64,000 nt of DNA from Ylistrum balloti (Eukaryota), in NCBI RefSeq assembly GCF_031769215.1, contig NW_026781924.1:248001-312000 (forward strand), read 5' to 3'. Positions 1 to 15,600 of this stretch are shown here, in pieces (within the stretch, counting starts at the first letter, position 1; each line of letters opens with the position of its first letter). The position numbers and the translations under genes were made by a program. Below the pieces are notes generated by a model. That model ran no database searches. It saw only the letters and a list, made by a program, of their open reading frames with translations, and was not told where the DNA came from.

Positions 1-653
1 TGGTGGTGATTTGGAAACTACTTTTTATTCCTCCCATAACACAAAGGTTCCCCCCTACCTCACCATGAAAACTAATCTCATTCACTAACCTGTTGGACGT
101 TCCGTGTATGCTCCATGAGAATAGTCGATAGCTGGTGAAAGATACTGCATTCAACTCGGACATAACAACTTTCCTTATTTCTTTTCAATTCAATCAACAG
201 GGTTTTTTGGTGGTTTTGTTTTTTGTTTTTTGTTTTTTTTTGTTCTCTTTTTGTTTCTGTTTAGCTTGACGGAGCAAGGTTTTAAATTTGCCAGTAAAAT
301 TATATGTGATATATGAATTGTAATGACATGGCATAGTAGAACGTAACTATTTTTCACCATTTCTTGGATAGAACATTGAACAAGTTTTCACCTTATTTTA
401 AAAATGGTTTTACTTTCAAATGGGATTGATAATCTGAAAAAAAAATCTTCCTCTGTTTTGCAATTACTTCATCTCTACTTGTATAAATCAATATATGATG
501 TTGTTCCAGTAGTTGTGATATGTTTGCATTCTCATATTGTTTACAACATTAACATATTTAGGTCAATGTTATATAAATCATATTTTCTTGAAATTTTGTC
601 ACATTATAATTACTAGTAATATCCTCTCCTTTTCATGACTTTTGAACCCACAG

Positions 654-1863
654 TGTGCTGAGTGCAGTTACCAGTGACAATGTAAGGATCCTCAAGGCTT
701 TGATGAAAGTGCCTCAGTCGCTGAATCAACACGACCTTGAACTTGCGTTTCTACAAGCAGCTAAGCTTGGTCACAATAACTGTCTCGAGTGTATCCTAGC
801 AACAAATTGTGTTGACATAGAAACCAAGGACGGCAGTGACAACACTGCCCTGTATCTGGCAGTTCAAAACAACAAACCCGAAGTTTTAAAACAGCTGATT
901 TCGGCAAAAGCAGATGTCAACACATTTGGAGGTGGCAACAATCGACCAATCCATGTAGCAGCACAAAATGGATTCGAAGAATGTATGAATATTTTGATAA
1001 ACAATGGAGCAAAGATTAACATAAAAAATTCCAGTGGCAGTACTCCATTGATTTTAGCAAGCAGAAAAAGCCATCATACTATCATGCAGCTGTTGATCAC
1101 AGCTGGCTGTGATGTCAACATTCAGAACAAGGAGGGGTGCTCAGCTTTACACTACAGCAGTCATAAAGCCATGGGTGTTGACATGTTACTAAGAGCAGGA
1201 GCCAACCCTAATGTTACAGACAAAGATAACATAACTCCTCTTGTAATGGCTGCCACAGAAGGGTTTGACAATGTCATTAAGGCTCTTTGTAGGGCAAACT
1301 GTGATGTCAACATAGCAAACGCTTCCGTCAACAAGACTGCTCTTCATATCCTTGCTTATAAAGGTCATTCTGATTGTATCAATGACCTTGTGATCGCCGG
1401 TGGTGATGTTAACATGTACGATAAACATAAACGCACTCCGTTATGGTATGCTATAAAAAATAAACGAATTGAAGTGGTTCGACTTCTCCTGAAGGCCAAT
1501 TCACTTGCAGACAGTTTCCAGTGTGCCACTTTTGTAGAGGCTGAATGCTGTCCTACGTTCCTAGCTCTAACATTAGGTTTATTCTCTGTCCTAAAACTCT
1601 TCATCATGACCGGTTATGATCGCCACCACCTGAAAAGCTACCTCAGACACGAAGACATTAAGGAGATGTTTGAGGACTGGGAGGACATTGAAGATTGGCT
1701 GGAACATGCTCAAGATTCCACCATGACCCTGAAGCAGATTTGTCGAAAATGGATTAGGCACCATCTGGGTCTACAGTTCTATCATGGACTTTCTGAATTA
1801 CCAATCCCATCTTCTATGAAAGATTATGTATTCATGAAAGAACTTGATGAGGAACATGTTTAG
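654..1863 (+). CDS. Ankyrin repeat and SOCS box-containing (ASB-like) protein, terminal coding exon; 5' part lies outside the window
   Basis: Acceptor ...tttgaacccacag|t at 651-653, so the ORF-track GTG is not a start. About 8 ankyrin repeats (e.g. NRPIHVAAQNG, STPLILASRKS, KTALHILAYKG, RTPLWYAIKNK). C-terminal SOCS box TLKQICRKWIRHHLG...LSELPIPSSMKDYV. AATAAA at 2101-2106. Confidence 0.85.
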
Positions 1864-4800
1864 TCAAATGAAAGCAATGGTATGTTTTGTTGCCTGCCAA
1901 AGAACTTGAAAGATGAAAATGAATTCCTATTTCTTATTTGGGCAACAGCCCATGTTATCTAAAGAATGATGGTGGTTTCATCCTACAGAAATGTGACATT
2001 TCCCCGGGTTACAATATATTTGTATTTCTATATACCTGTAGTGTGATAAGACATCCCAATGGCAGTGAACGATTATAACCTACATGGCAAATGTCCATGA
2101 AATAAAGTATTCAGGATTTTTTGTTTTGTTTTTATTTTTCACCTTGAAGATGATCAGAAGATCAAAGATATTCTTGAATGATTAAAGGAAACCTTTGTTT
2201 TGTACAGGAAAAGAACCATGCAGGGAAATGAATATTTCCATACCTCTTGATGGAAATTGGAAGGAGGTATTTCATTGACCCAGACTTGTCCAAAAATTTG
2301 GGTTTTCAATATTTTACAGGGGTACACTTCACTACATCATCGACATTTTCCAACTTCTATACCAGAGCAAGTTTTTACAATTAATTCAATTTTAAATATC
2401 AATTTGGCATCTTTCAGGTGGTATTTGACTACTGTAATTTTCAACTTTTTATCACAAACAAGTTTATCAAAATTTGGTTATGAATTGTCTCTTTTTCTCT
2501 CATGATACATTATAAAAGGTTGAGAAGAGATGATGAAATTTTCTGCCCCTTTTTGAAAAAGAAATGTTGAAGTATTTCAGTGAATCTTTCGTCGTCATTG
2601 CTGGTGAAATGAAATTTTGTCGCATTTTATCAAAGTTACTCTTCAAAAACTTAATTTTGTTATTTTCATCATCACAGTAAATATCCTGCAGTTTGGGTAT
2701 AGATAATAACCAGTTAACTCGATATACAACACAATAAAATCACAGTTTTATTATTTCTTTGTAATGATCATGTTTAAAATGAAAATATTTTGAATACACA
2801 AAATTTCAAAATACATAACCACTTTTCAACAATGTGATGTATTTCCATCTATATTACATATGTACACCTGTCCTCTCAGAAGAATTATAATACACTTTGT
2901 ACAATTCCAGTTGCACCCCATTCTCAGATCTAATCTCTCAATCCAAACATTCATTACATAAAAATGATCTTCTAGCGGTTATTCTGAATTCTCCCACTTC
3001 AATATCGAAACTGAAAGTCAACATGAGAAATAGAAAATACCAGCCATTAGATGGCTATGAGGCTATTGACAGTCTTGGCTATAACTTAAAATTAGGCTGA
3101 ATTAATATGAACACTATTAGTTCTATATTCACTTTACAAGTTTTAAATTAAATTCAGGCACATGTTAATTCTACATGGCAGTCACAGTGTTGCACAAAAT
3201 GTCAGTTGTAAAAATGCTGACGTCATTGAATAGCAGAAACACAGGACCAGAATAAAGAATCTTGGAGAGAAGTCAACATATTACTTTAATAAGTAATACC
3301 TTTTTAATAAAGTTTTCATCCTCAGACACAACACATTCTATTTCATTACAAACAGCACCATTTACAATTGGTCAAATACAGATACCTGTAATTGTGAAAA
3401 CCTTGCTATTTACATCTGTAGTGATGCATTATTTTAAAGAAATATCTCAAGTGCTACCCAGTGCCAGATTTTTCAGTCTAAATCTATCTGTCAATCACCT
3501 TTACATGTTATTTAGCGCCCTATGACATCACAATTAAAATTATATCATATGATGTTCATATTGCCATTGACGGACAACTGCAAAGGGAAGTAATCGAATC
3601 AAACAGAAGAATCTGAAAATGAAAATACTTAGGCCAGGTTTTTGCAAATTTGCCATAATAATGTTGAATAATAAACTTCCTTTTGTACACTTCTTCAAAA
3701 GATAAATCCAGCTTTTAAAACAAGAGTTCTCAGCAACTTCAACAAGTCTTGTGTAAAGATAAAATGGTAATTCTACAGTCTTTTTTTTAGTAATTTATAG
3801 AATCCATTTATCCATATATGTACAAGGTTGCTTTATCTCGGCTTCACCCAACTTTCTGTAACATCTCATTCAAAGCTTCACTTAGTTTGATAATGTCAGT
3901 CCTTGGAATGAGTTAAATTGATCATACACAGGTAACAGATTTGATAAGTTTCATAAATTTTTAATCATAAGAAATGAGGGATTACCAATTCACATTTACA
4001 CAAGATGTGTCAGATGTTCTGAAAACTCTAGCTAAGAAACTGGAATTATCTTTAAAGAAGTGTACTAAAGGAAGTTTATTATTTTAGCTGGTACTATTCC
4101 ATAAATGGATGTTTAGTAGAAAGTGGTGGCACGGCTACTATATGAATCTAGTACTTACTAATAAATACTACAACAATACTGTTATTAAATTCTACAATAT
4201 ATTCTTATATCATATTTTCAAATTAAAATTCTTGCAGTGAAATCAAGTACTAAACTGGAAATCAAAATCTAAGTTGTATCAGTTATTGCTGCTGAGAATC
4301 AATATCAGAAATTTAATGAGAGAAGGAATTGAATCATGTTTGGTCTACATCAGATAAGAACTGCACTGGTATATAAAGTATATTTTCCAGTCAATTTCTT
4401 AAACAGCATATGGAAAACGGAAACCTGCCAAACACACACATATATATACCCAATAAGTACATTAACGCCAAGTAATTAATGATGAAGTTTTCATACACAC
4501 AGACTTCACATTTAATCTGCTTCACAATTTTTATGCATGACATAGACTCAATCAACCCAACATAATGCTGTTTGTTAAAAAAAATAATAAGAAAAAATAA
4601 TCATAAAAAAACCCTGATAATTATGTTGATAACTATGATCAAAATGAAAGTGTTCCTCTTCCAACAAGTACAAATGATTTTATCAACAGATATTTCATTG
4701 ATGAACGACAAATTCAATTGTCCATGATTATGTTCTATCCAATGATTTTCGCAAATTAAACATTATTTACTTTCCACGATAATAATATCTTTTTCCTACC

Positions 4801-6621
4801 TTTCTAAGTAATGATAAGAGATACAGACCTGACAGTTCAAGATGTTGTAATACTGTACTGTGGAATATGATAACATTATAGACATGCTATTTCTGACCTA
4901 GAAACACAAAATTTCATTTAGGGAAGACAGAGAAAAATTTGTAATAGAAAGCTGGAAACTGAACATTACAAATATTAAGTAGCAGTGTGCTCATAGATTT
5001 GTCAATTACACTCCAAGCAACCTGCCCTATGTGTTATAGTTTGATATCAAGCATGGAACAGTTAACATAACAATTCAAAGAGTGGAACCCAATGACATGT
5101 TAACAAATACAGAGCTAACACAAATAGTGTTGTTCAGAGTCCTAACATTACAGTACCTCGGTATATTCTTGTATATTTCTTATCTAATATCAATTTTAAG
5201 ACATGAAGAATAATAAAACAAATAAAAAGAAATTAATATCATTTTTGTACTTTAACATCTATGATGAACATTTTAAATTCTATAATTTCTTTTAGATTTT
5301 ATTTGACCTAGAAACTAATCAATTAATTCTAATTAATACAACCTGCTAATTTATAAGTATTGATGAACAAATGTGCTGAAAAATAGGCAACCTTCAAATA
5401 AAACATCATAAAAAGCTGTCAAGTTAGATAGTACTGAATGGAAGAAATTCTACTGTTACAATATTGAAGTTCATCAAAACATTGAGAAAATAAGTGTTCC
5501 ATGAAATTAAGTCTTGTTTTCCTCATTTTGAAATTCTTAGCAACTATTGAAATTCAAATTTAATGAGCCCAAAAATTCTTTGATATATTATAAAAGTAGA
5601 TTTTTTTTTGTTCTAGAAAAGTAGAAATTTATTGAAAACATTAAAATCTATCAATGATTTTAAGTTGTACACACTTGGATTTCTTTAGGTACTCAACTGG
5701 TTTGCTGCAGTACTAATACTTGGTGAGAAACAGAACTAAATGCAATTATAAGCATTGATAAGCAAGCCCTAAATAACAACTAAAAATGTCCACCAAAACT
5801 TTGTGGTTTTTACTTATGGGAAATGGATATTAACCATCCAAATCCATCCTTACATGAATTGCTACATTTTATGAACTGTATACTATTTTTGTATACTTAT
5901 GTTTTCTGTGAAACTAAGCTAAACAAATCCTGTCCTCCTCAGAACTGAAATTAAAAGAGAGATGACATTTACGTTATTAATGAATGGTTATTAAATTGAT
6001 AAAATAAGATCAGTAATTGATTGTTTTAAATAAATGTATTACAGTATAAGTATATCAAATTATTCTATGTTAATTTAAATATTTAGATATCAAGAGAAAA
6101 GAAGGATGTATTTTAGTAATAGATTGGACAGGCACCTCTGCAGTAGTTGTACAAACTCTTTTGTTTGATTAATCAAGGAAATGAGAACAACATTAACCAA
6201 ATTCTAAGACTGATAGAATTCAACAGTCTGAAGCTTCAGACAAATGTTCTAGCCAATTCACAGTGTAAACTTACAGTAAAGCAGTTCTGAAGGAGACAAG
6301 TGTGAAACATCAAACAATATTTATTGCCACACATCACAGCGAATAGTGTTGGAATGATTTTATTACTTCAACCAAATTTACCATAAAAAATAATGTTCAG
6401 ATTTATGAAGCCTAACAAGCTTCTACAACACTGCCACAAAGTCAAGACCCTTAGCTAACTGTATAAACATCCCAGTTTAACAGATGTCCGATACATATAA
6501 AGGACAGGCGTGTGCTAGTAGCAACACCTGGTGTGTAACAGATTTTAGATGACGGATGGCATTTTAATGATCCCTGAATATTTTTGTCTGTTCGCTCTCA
6601 CACACAACATCACAGCCTGTG

Positions 6622-9600
6622 TCAGGACTGTTCACCATCACACTCCTTTTCTTCCTCAGGTGCCTGGTCATTATCTGTTTGTTGCTGCTGCAACTGTTGC
6701 TGTTTCAGGTGTTGCAAATGCTGCAATTTCTTCAGCAACTCTGCATCATTTTTCTGTTTTATAGCCATCACTAAGTCTTTAATCTCTTGTCGTTTCTTTT
6801 TCATTCTCTCCTCCGTGAACCAATTTTGTAAACACTTGATTGGAAATGAGTAGTCCACCAAAGGATCCTGAAAAGGAAGGAAACCCTTTTTCATACTATG
6901 ACAATTAGATAAACATAAATTTAAAAAGTAAAATATCAAAGGGATTTTACATTGTTGAAAATAAAACTATGGAAAACCAGGAGGAATGATTGTGCAATCA
7001 TTAACAGGGCTTTTTATAGACTTTTGGACTTCTGCACTCAATCATAAGGATTTTCATGAGTAACATTTAGGTAAAAAAATATATATATAAAGGCATGTAT
7101 TTCTATGTGAATTGATAAATAAATCTTTTTATTTGAAATCATTGGAAATGGAAAGTGGAAATCTGAAACATCACATGGATCCATAACAATGACAGCTGTG
7201 TGTATACAGAGCTGGTGCAACTATTATATTTCATAACGTAAATGTTACTTTTACAAATGGTTCAACTTTCGCTGTTTTGTCAAAGGTTTGAAGCAAAAAG
7301 ACTTACTAGGTTTTTCATGTAGTTTTACTACATCCTTGAAAATAGCAAACAATAAAATAACTTTATAATATCAACATATAAAACCTGCTAAATTTCAGAT
7401 AACGAGAAAATGCTATATAAGGAAGGTTCCGTTTTATTGACGTTTATAAAAATACCTCAAAGAAGCTCTGTGCATACTGCAAAACATAGAGGCCACAGTC
7501 ACTGAAGTTGGTCTGTTGAGGGACTCGGGGTGTGCAGCCACGTATACGCTCCTTCAGGTTAAACAAATTGTCTTTCTTTGTGTTCCACTCCACTTGAAGG
7601 TACCTGTTGTACAGCCATGAGATGTTTAGTGATGTTAAAACATAATTGAATCTTTGTATATGTATTAAATAATATGTCAACTGTTTTGTAACACTAAAGT
7701 ACAAAACCGGGCCTTATATTTTGAAAGCTAAGCCTGAAAAGTGAATCTTAAATGCTGTGACAATATCTGACACAAATAAACTAAATCTTGACTTTTCCAC
7801 AATCACCTTTGTGAAACAATTAATACGACGGTAGTTTTGGTCTTTTAAAATATGTAAACTTCAATGCACCTATACCGTGGATCCAGAATAATTGTTAAGA
7901 TGTTTTATTTTCAAAACTACACACAAATTATAAAAAGACCTTTCTCTAATTAACACTGCATTACATTGTGAAAGTTTAAAATTATTTTTAATTTGATTTG
8001 GAGATAACCTCAGGAATTCACTGTGTTGACAGTACTGTGATCATTACAGATCACCTGCAAACTACAGATGATGGGCTATAACTTACTCTTTCAGTATTGT
8101 GACGATTCTAGCTTTGTTTGGGCCAGCCAATGAATCAAATATCAATACACATGGTCTGAAACAAAATAGATCAGTTTTTTATCATTAGCAAGACATAGGA
8201 GATATTGATTTGTTATTTATCAATATACAATTGATTTACTATGCTGCTGTACCAAATAATACAATATTGTCAATGAATGTAAAGAAGTCTATATGTCACA
8301 ATCTGTACATACATACCAAGCAGAAAAGGACAATATGCAATCAATTTGAAATATCACAGATGACAATATATTTGGGAACAGAATAAAACCCTTATCTCTC
8401 TTTCATAAGAAATAGAACTAAATTTGGTGTCTCGACGAAGAAATGGAGTCCAATGGAAAGTTTACACCATTTTGGTATATTACTCCTTAAGATATGCCTA
8501 TATATAAAGATGATATAAGTTTGACATCATCTATAGTAAAAACTGGTTTTAATACTAACGCTCTTTGTCCACTTTCCACAAAACATTTCTTGCTCTCTGC
8601 CACCTCATCATAACTTTGTATTATCCGACCACGTAGTTCCTAAAACAAAAATATTCCAAAGTTAGTATTTTGGGCCTCAAATAAAAAACAAGTTTTGCAC
8701 CTAAATCAATAGTCCTTCTTGATAAAGTGATTCAGAAGACCTTTTCAGTGCAAGTGTATCACTGGTACTCATTCAGATACTTGTACACCCACTTTTGAAA
8801 CTTAAGGTGATGACCAGGTATGATATATATTTCCTTGACAAAGATTCAGAACACAGATGAAAAGATTAAAAAAGTAAATAGAGACTAGCAATTCTTGTGA
8901 AACTGTTCAAGAGATTGCCCCACTGCAATCATAATTTTGTCTGATCATTTCAAGATATTTTTACTATATAAAATCAGTCTTTTCAAGACATATTAGAGGA
9001 TCAAATGTTGTTTATGACACACTGGCCTAATAATTAGATTGAGCCAACACTTTTTAAATACTATTTCATAGCTCTCCATATGCACACCTTTGGGGGCACT
9101 TTTGTGGAGCTACAGTAAGCTGGTGTATACTGAGTTTTGTGTTGAGGCATTGTAATAGGAGTAGAGACAGGTGTCGAGGTGGGTGTTGACATAGTTGTCT
9201 GTGGCACAGAGGTGGTGGGCGTCGTCTCTGTGTCCATGGGTTTCTCTTCATTGTTCTCCTCCACATCTTCCTACAATCACAAATTACGTAACAGGTATTA
9301 AATGTTTAACATCAGGTCTTTAAAAATACCTCCGACTTTATGGACACTAAGTTCTCGTCTATATAAGTCACTATTGTGAGATATATTTGTGAATTTTTCA
9401 AACCTTTTTGGTTTTATGTTATAATAATAAAAAGAGATGATACATACCTCCATAGCCTCGCCTGCATTGTCAGAACCAGGTGTAGGCATGCTATCAGTCA
9501 ACCCTTCACTGTCCTGCTGAACTGGAGTACTGACCTGTTCTCCAAAAACCTTCTCCAAACGATGCTTTGGTATATAGAAAATGTTTTCATTCATAAGTAA

Positions 9601-12600
9601 TCCTGGGTAACAGATGATGGCCAGGAACCAATGGGAACTGCAAGCAATGAAAACATTGTAGAGAATTTAACACAAATGATTATATTACAATAAAATCTCT
9701 TCACAACTGCTTTTGTCGTACTATTTTACAGCCCCAATTTATCACAACCAGATTCTTATTTTGGACAAATAATTTACTGTAAATGGAGAATTACTCTCGT
9801 TACTTAATATTCATTCGTTGCAGTCTTTTACCAATAGACTGAAAATAAATAGTGATGGAAAATTTGATGTTTAAGCTGACATATATGTTTCATGTACTTT
9901 AGCAAAAATTTTCTGCGAGAGCAAAACAAAACAAAAATAAAATCCTCACGTGAATGATTTACCAAAACAAACATCATTTAACATATTTGTTTTGATTTTG
10001 TTAAGTAATGGACATTCAACACTTCATAATGGCCAAAATGACAGGGGAAAATGCATAGCACTTTACTATTATCACCTGTACAAAACAATCATCCATTTAC
10101 TGTGGTTAATTTGATTCAGGTTTATACAGATAATTTTCTTGAAAAAAAAAATTTAATATAAAAAACTAACTGTTCATTGATGGGAATCACAATGAAATCT
10201 TTCTCAAACAGATCCACATGCTTTGTCCACTTCTTCACAGCAGCATGTCTTCTCTCTGCAGGACTGAAATCAGCAATTTTTGCAAAACTTAGAATGCTGA
10301 CAAGGTTAAACACACTCTTTTTTTTTTATCTAAGGCTCATAGCAATTAAGTAATACTTAAAGAAATAGACTATACTGATATTGGGAGATGAAGTTTGTGC
10401 TTTAAGTATTGGGCCTGTGTAAAGCTTACATAAGATCTTAACACATACTGATTCCTTCAAAAGTTCAGCACTTTGTATTATATGGGGGAAAATAGAGGAA
10501 ACATCACTAAAGATTGTATCAAAATAAAGCATACAGCACAATATAGTATTCACATCTGTTTCAGATAAAATATGAAAATACATACGTGAGAGCAGAGTCT
10601 GCCACTCGGCCTTGCCGCTGAGTCAGACGTTTAAAGAAAAAGGAACTGAAGATATGTGTCCTCTTTCTGACTTCTTCACTCAGTACTTCCCGGAACAGGA
10701 ATCTGCTCACAAGCAAACACATTTCATTTGAAATTGACCCATAAAATACTTATGCTGTACATGAAGGCACATATACAAATCTACCTATATAAGAAAAATG
10801 TAAACAAAAATTTGCATTGTCAAGTTCCTATTAATTGCTAACTATTTTTTGTTTCATGAATGAAAATATTTTTTGTTATATAGATAAAAAATGTCTTTTT
10901 TTCTTTTGAACTTGTGTTTTTGTATTTGTTTAAGTAGAAATGTTGTGTCATCAACAATAGTCCTGAATATGAAAAATTTGACGTAACCTACCATGAAAAT
11001 GTTGATATAACCTGCCATGAACGATTCAATGTCTCAATGTGTCAATGTTGTTTGCTAGTCCCTAGAACTTTGGAACATCAAAGTTTGACAGTACTTAACA
11101 ACATGCTAGATGCAGGTGCCCGTAATCAGAAATTCTGTAGATACGAAGGTCATGCAAGCCTGGTGGCAAACATGAAATTAATAGTTGATGCTGTTCAACA
11201 ATCTTGACATAATCACATCTTATCCATGTGTGTCTGATTCTGGCAGGAAACACATTTTTATTAATTGTGATTTATGCCGAAGTACTGACTAATGAAGCAT
11301 TAACCATAACAATGATGTGATGATTATTTGATAACAGGTTTTTTTTAATTCAATATGGGATTCATCATTTGAACTTTAATCTCTTACTTCACTTAGGTAT
11401 TATTTTTTCTTGCCATTTTTTTTTTAGTAGTTGAAATATTGAAATATTTCATTTTTTTCATACACATATTCTATCGCTACATTGAGTGATTTGCTCTCTA
11501 AATCTCACAGTGTACTGGCAAGTTATCTCTTTTTAACTCCCGCTACACAAGATTCCGAGATGGGAAATGGTCCATTTGTGATCACATTAACTCCCATTAG
11601 GAAGCAGGAATTATGTGCTTCATTAGTAACACTTCTATATAAAACTGATGATATTCTCTCATAATAATTACATAATAAGTAATTTGTTTTCTAGATCCAA
11701 AATGTTTGTGTCCATTAACTGCAAATTTAATGTCAATCTGGTGAAGAAGTTAGTACGTTAAATTTGACAAACAAGTTCAGCAACATTTTGGGTAATGAAT
11801 ATTCAAAGGGGAACATTTTCAAGCCAATTTTCAATTTTCTTTGGAGATATATCACGTATACTCTGAAGAAATGGGCCACACCTTGCATGTGATAGCCACG
11901 AAGGTTTACAATACTTACCTCAGATAGAAATCAATGATGACATCATTGAGGAACTCGCCTTCATTCAAACAGTACAGGTCTTCGTTTGTAACTGCTATAC
12001 CACCAGGAGTAGGGGGAGGTGGGTATGTTATCAATCTACAAAATCAAGATATCATTAACAAGTTGTGGCCTTCAAAATCAAGTAGATTCTAGATAGTTTA
12101 ACACTACAAATTCTCAATTTTTTCGCAACTTTCAATCTTTCAAGCAAGATTTTGTATGACTCTCAAAAACCTGCATTTTTGATTCATAAAATTGCAAAAA
12201 CTGATACTGTTTAACTCTATATCATGTGTGATCTGAAAGTTCCAGGGAAAAGCATGTCTCAAGCGGACCTTTTTCAAAATGTTTTACCTCTATAAACAAT
12301 GAAGTAGAAATAATACCATACATGATATATAATATAGAATGCACACTATCTATGCACCTATGTTAAATTACCTTAAAGCCAATTATTTTCGCTGATTACA
12401 ATATTTTGCTATTTTGTGCTACATTAACATGAATGCAAAACTTAAATCTGTGAAATAATGACATGCATGTTTTCAATGTCCTTTTAAAGTTAGAAAATTC
12501 ATTCCAATATAATTCAATTGTTTTAAAAGCAATTCATAAAAAATTTGACTGTAAAAATAGCCAGCAGCACAGTATATGAATATTAGTGAATTTCAGCTGT

Positions 12601-15600
12601 GTGAAGATTTCATTTGTCTATCACTTTCCTTGTACATTACAGTGTCAAATTGCAATAATGACTTACTTTTCTATTGGTCCAGAAAACATAATGCGAGGAG
12701 GGGAAGGAGAACGCTCTCTCTGGCCAAGACTGGTGTCCATATCAGAGTTGTCTGCCCCAAATTCTGTGTTGTTGGATTTTGTCATGGTATTGTTAACACA
12801 GGGGGGTTCTGTCTTCATCGCATTTGTGTCCATATCAAAAGCAGGATTTGGCATCCTCTTACTTAAGAATGATGTGCTGATAAGAAGCTGTTGGGATTCT
12901 GTATGACTCAACATCTCAATAAAATTCTGATCTTTGTTGTTGATAGTTTGTTGATAACCTTCTAGGACTCGTAGTGTGTTTTTCTGTTCTTGCAAGGATA
13001 CTGACTGTAACAGCAGCACTATGTACTGGTATTTCAAGTCTGAAATTAAAAATCAAACATAATCTAATGAATAAAAGTCTACATTGCTTAATGGACCAAT
13101 TAAGAAATGTGTTCTTATCAAGTCACAAAATATTTGCATCAAGATTCAATTTCTGTTATGTTTCTCATTTTTGACAACTTGAAGATGGGAGTGCAGAACC
13201 GTTTTCCTTTTCAAATAAAAAATTCACACTTTAGTTACTATTAACATCTCTATTTTTGCTGGTGTCTGTTTGACTTATACAATAGTTCTGAATATCTGCA
13301 TATATTTCACTCACAATTCCAGCCACATTTTTTATTTCAAAAGTGTTAAATGGTGTCCTTTATCTTTCACCCTGATGGATGACCATTGAAATTTAATTAG
13401 GTATAGAACTTGGTGGGGTGAAGCTACTGCGTAAATATGAACTAAAACTTCAAGGAGTTTGTGAGATTGGTATCTTGTACACAAGGGTTTTATTTCCAAG
13501 GTTTGACAAAAATGACCTTTTGACCTTTAACCTTGACCCATGAACATCATTATCTTACCAAGTGTAGACCTTGACGAGGGGATGTTATGTTGTGAATATG
13601 TGATGTTTAGTGTGAATATGAACCTTCACCAAAATTAAGTCAAGTGTAGACCTTGATGAGATGATAGTGTGAATATGGACTAGATTTACTGTTCACAAAA
13701 TACACTAAGTTATCATGAATACACACAAGGACAGATAGATGCATGCAGACAGTTATCACTATGTAAATTGCGGTTATAATAACAGCACCCAGCAAATGCA
13801 CTTGTCAGCTCATCCTGATGAGAGGATTTTGGCAAAAGACAAGTGATTTTTACTGACTAGTCCTTCAGTGGAATATATTTTTTTCATATAATTCCATGTA
13901 CGTATAAAATAAAAGCTGTCTACCTAACTGCTGACCATCATGCGTTCTTTTAGGGACTTTACAATGAAAAATCATAAAAATTTCAGCACATCATAAGATA
14001 AGTTTGTGCCTCCTACAACAAACACTGATCATGTTATCGGTAAAGAAGTCCTAGGTTATCTGAATGGAAATAGCTATGGAAAATTGCTTTTTTAACAGGA
14101 TAACCAAAAAATATAAAGACATTTGCCACAAGACAACCAACTTCAAAGAAAACAGTACCCATAATGATATTCAGCAAACATCTTATTGTATAATTATTAT
14201 GATAGCATTAAGCTTTCTAGAGGCTCTTCAAAAAATATATATCGCAAGTTCTCATGTAAAATTGCCTACTCACTAATGACTTCACAATTCTAACATTGGA
14301 CGTTCTTGAAATTGTGTCTAATTGAGTATAATTACTGTTGGTAACTGTTTTATTAAAACATTCACCAGATATCAACAACTGATTCACATCTGAACTTTTG
14401 AATTAAAGTCTGTTACATGGTGTGTTAGTGCTATAAGCATGGTTATGAAAATCTTGCATGTAAATTTTCCAGACTAGTGACTTCCTCTTCTGGCCAAATA
14501 CTTTTAACCAAGCCACAAATATGACGGCCTAAAGGCGTTTTTTCTGGGCTCTGACTCATTAGTAAGAGGTCATTAGATGTGAAACTAGCCTTTGTCCACA
14601 GGATTGAAGTAAGGTTCTGAAGAATTTGGTGGAGGTGTTTTATTTGTCATTTCCAGCTGTTTTCTCAGTTTGCCTCCAAAGTCTACTGTGGTATGAATAA
14701 ATATGACCGGTGTAGATTTCTTCAAGTGTAACAAGCACTGGTTCATCTCTGATGGTGCTATGTTGAATTTATGAGTGTTCTCCTCACCTGTAAACACAAG
14801 TAAATTGTAATATTTGAATCTCATAAAAAAATTTCAATCATTTATATTGACTTCATATCAACATATGAGTGATGATATACAAAATGCTCCAAATAATGCC
14901 AATATGTAACGAAAATGTACTTAAACCAAACCTATCATTGTTAAATTGCAGATTTCTCTCTCTCTATTAATCAAGTTTTTCACAATAAATATCAACAACA
15001 TGCATATTTGATGTTCAAGCAGAACTACTTACAAATATTAACAGTGGAATCATAACAGTTTAAAGTATGTGTATTTAAAAAGTAAAAAAAAATCTGAATT
15101 TCAACGAAGCTTTCAGTTAGGATCTATAGATCAACGTTTTATTTCAGATCAAACTAAAATTATGACAAATACTTTAGCATGAAGAAATTACCTGAACAGT
15201 TTAATTATTATTTACACATGTTTTTCTTTACATTGTATGCGATGCATTTAGTACAACTAACGTTTATAAACCATTAAATAAACTGGTTGGTAAGTTTGTT
15301 AAGTAGAAAGTAACACAAACCGCTTTCTTCTAGACCCTCATATCCTTCAATCAAGGCAAACAAGACTGACTAGTATGAGCTGATAGCTTGTTTCACAATT
15401 GTTGTCGTGAAGTAAAATTTCATTTGTAGTTAGGTCATGTATTAAAAATAACATTTTTTGACAAATGATCACAATTTCTGATCCATGGACAAGATATGGC
15501 TTTTAACTTACACTCCATAAAGATTTGCACACCATCATCTGAAATAAGGATAGGTTCTATAGGAGTGCCCTTCAGTGAACCAACTTTGACACTTCGGGCA

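Noticed and set aside
655-657. GTG as start codon of the ankyrin ORF
   Set aside because: It is preceded by a polypyrimidine tract and CAG; this is an internal splice acceptor.
7005-7045. CAGGGCTTTTT terminus resembling the other CAGGG elements
   Set aside because: No matching second TIR within the same intron; at most a fragment.
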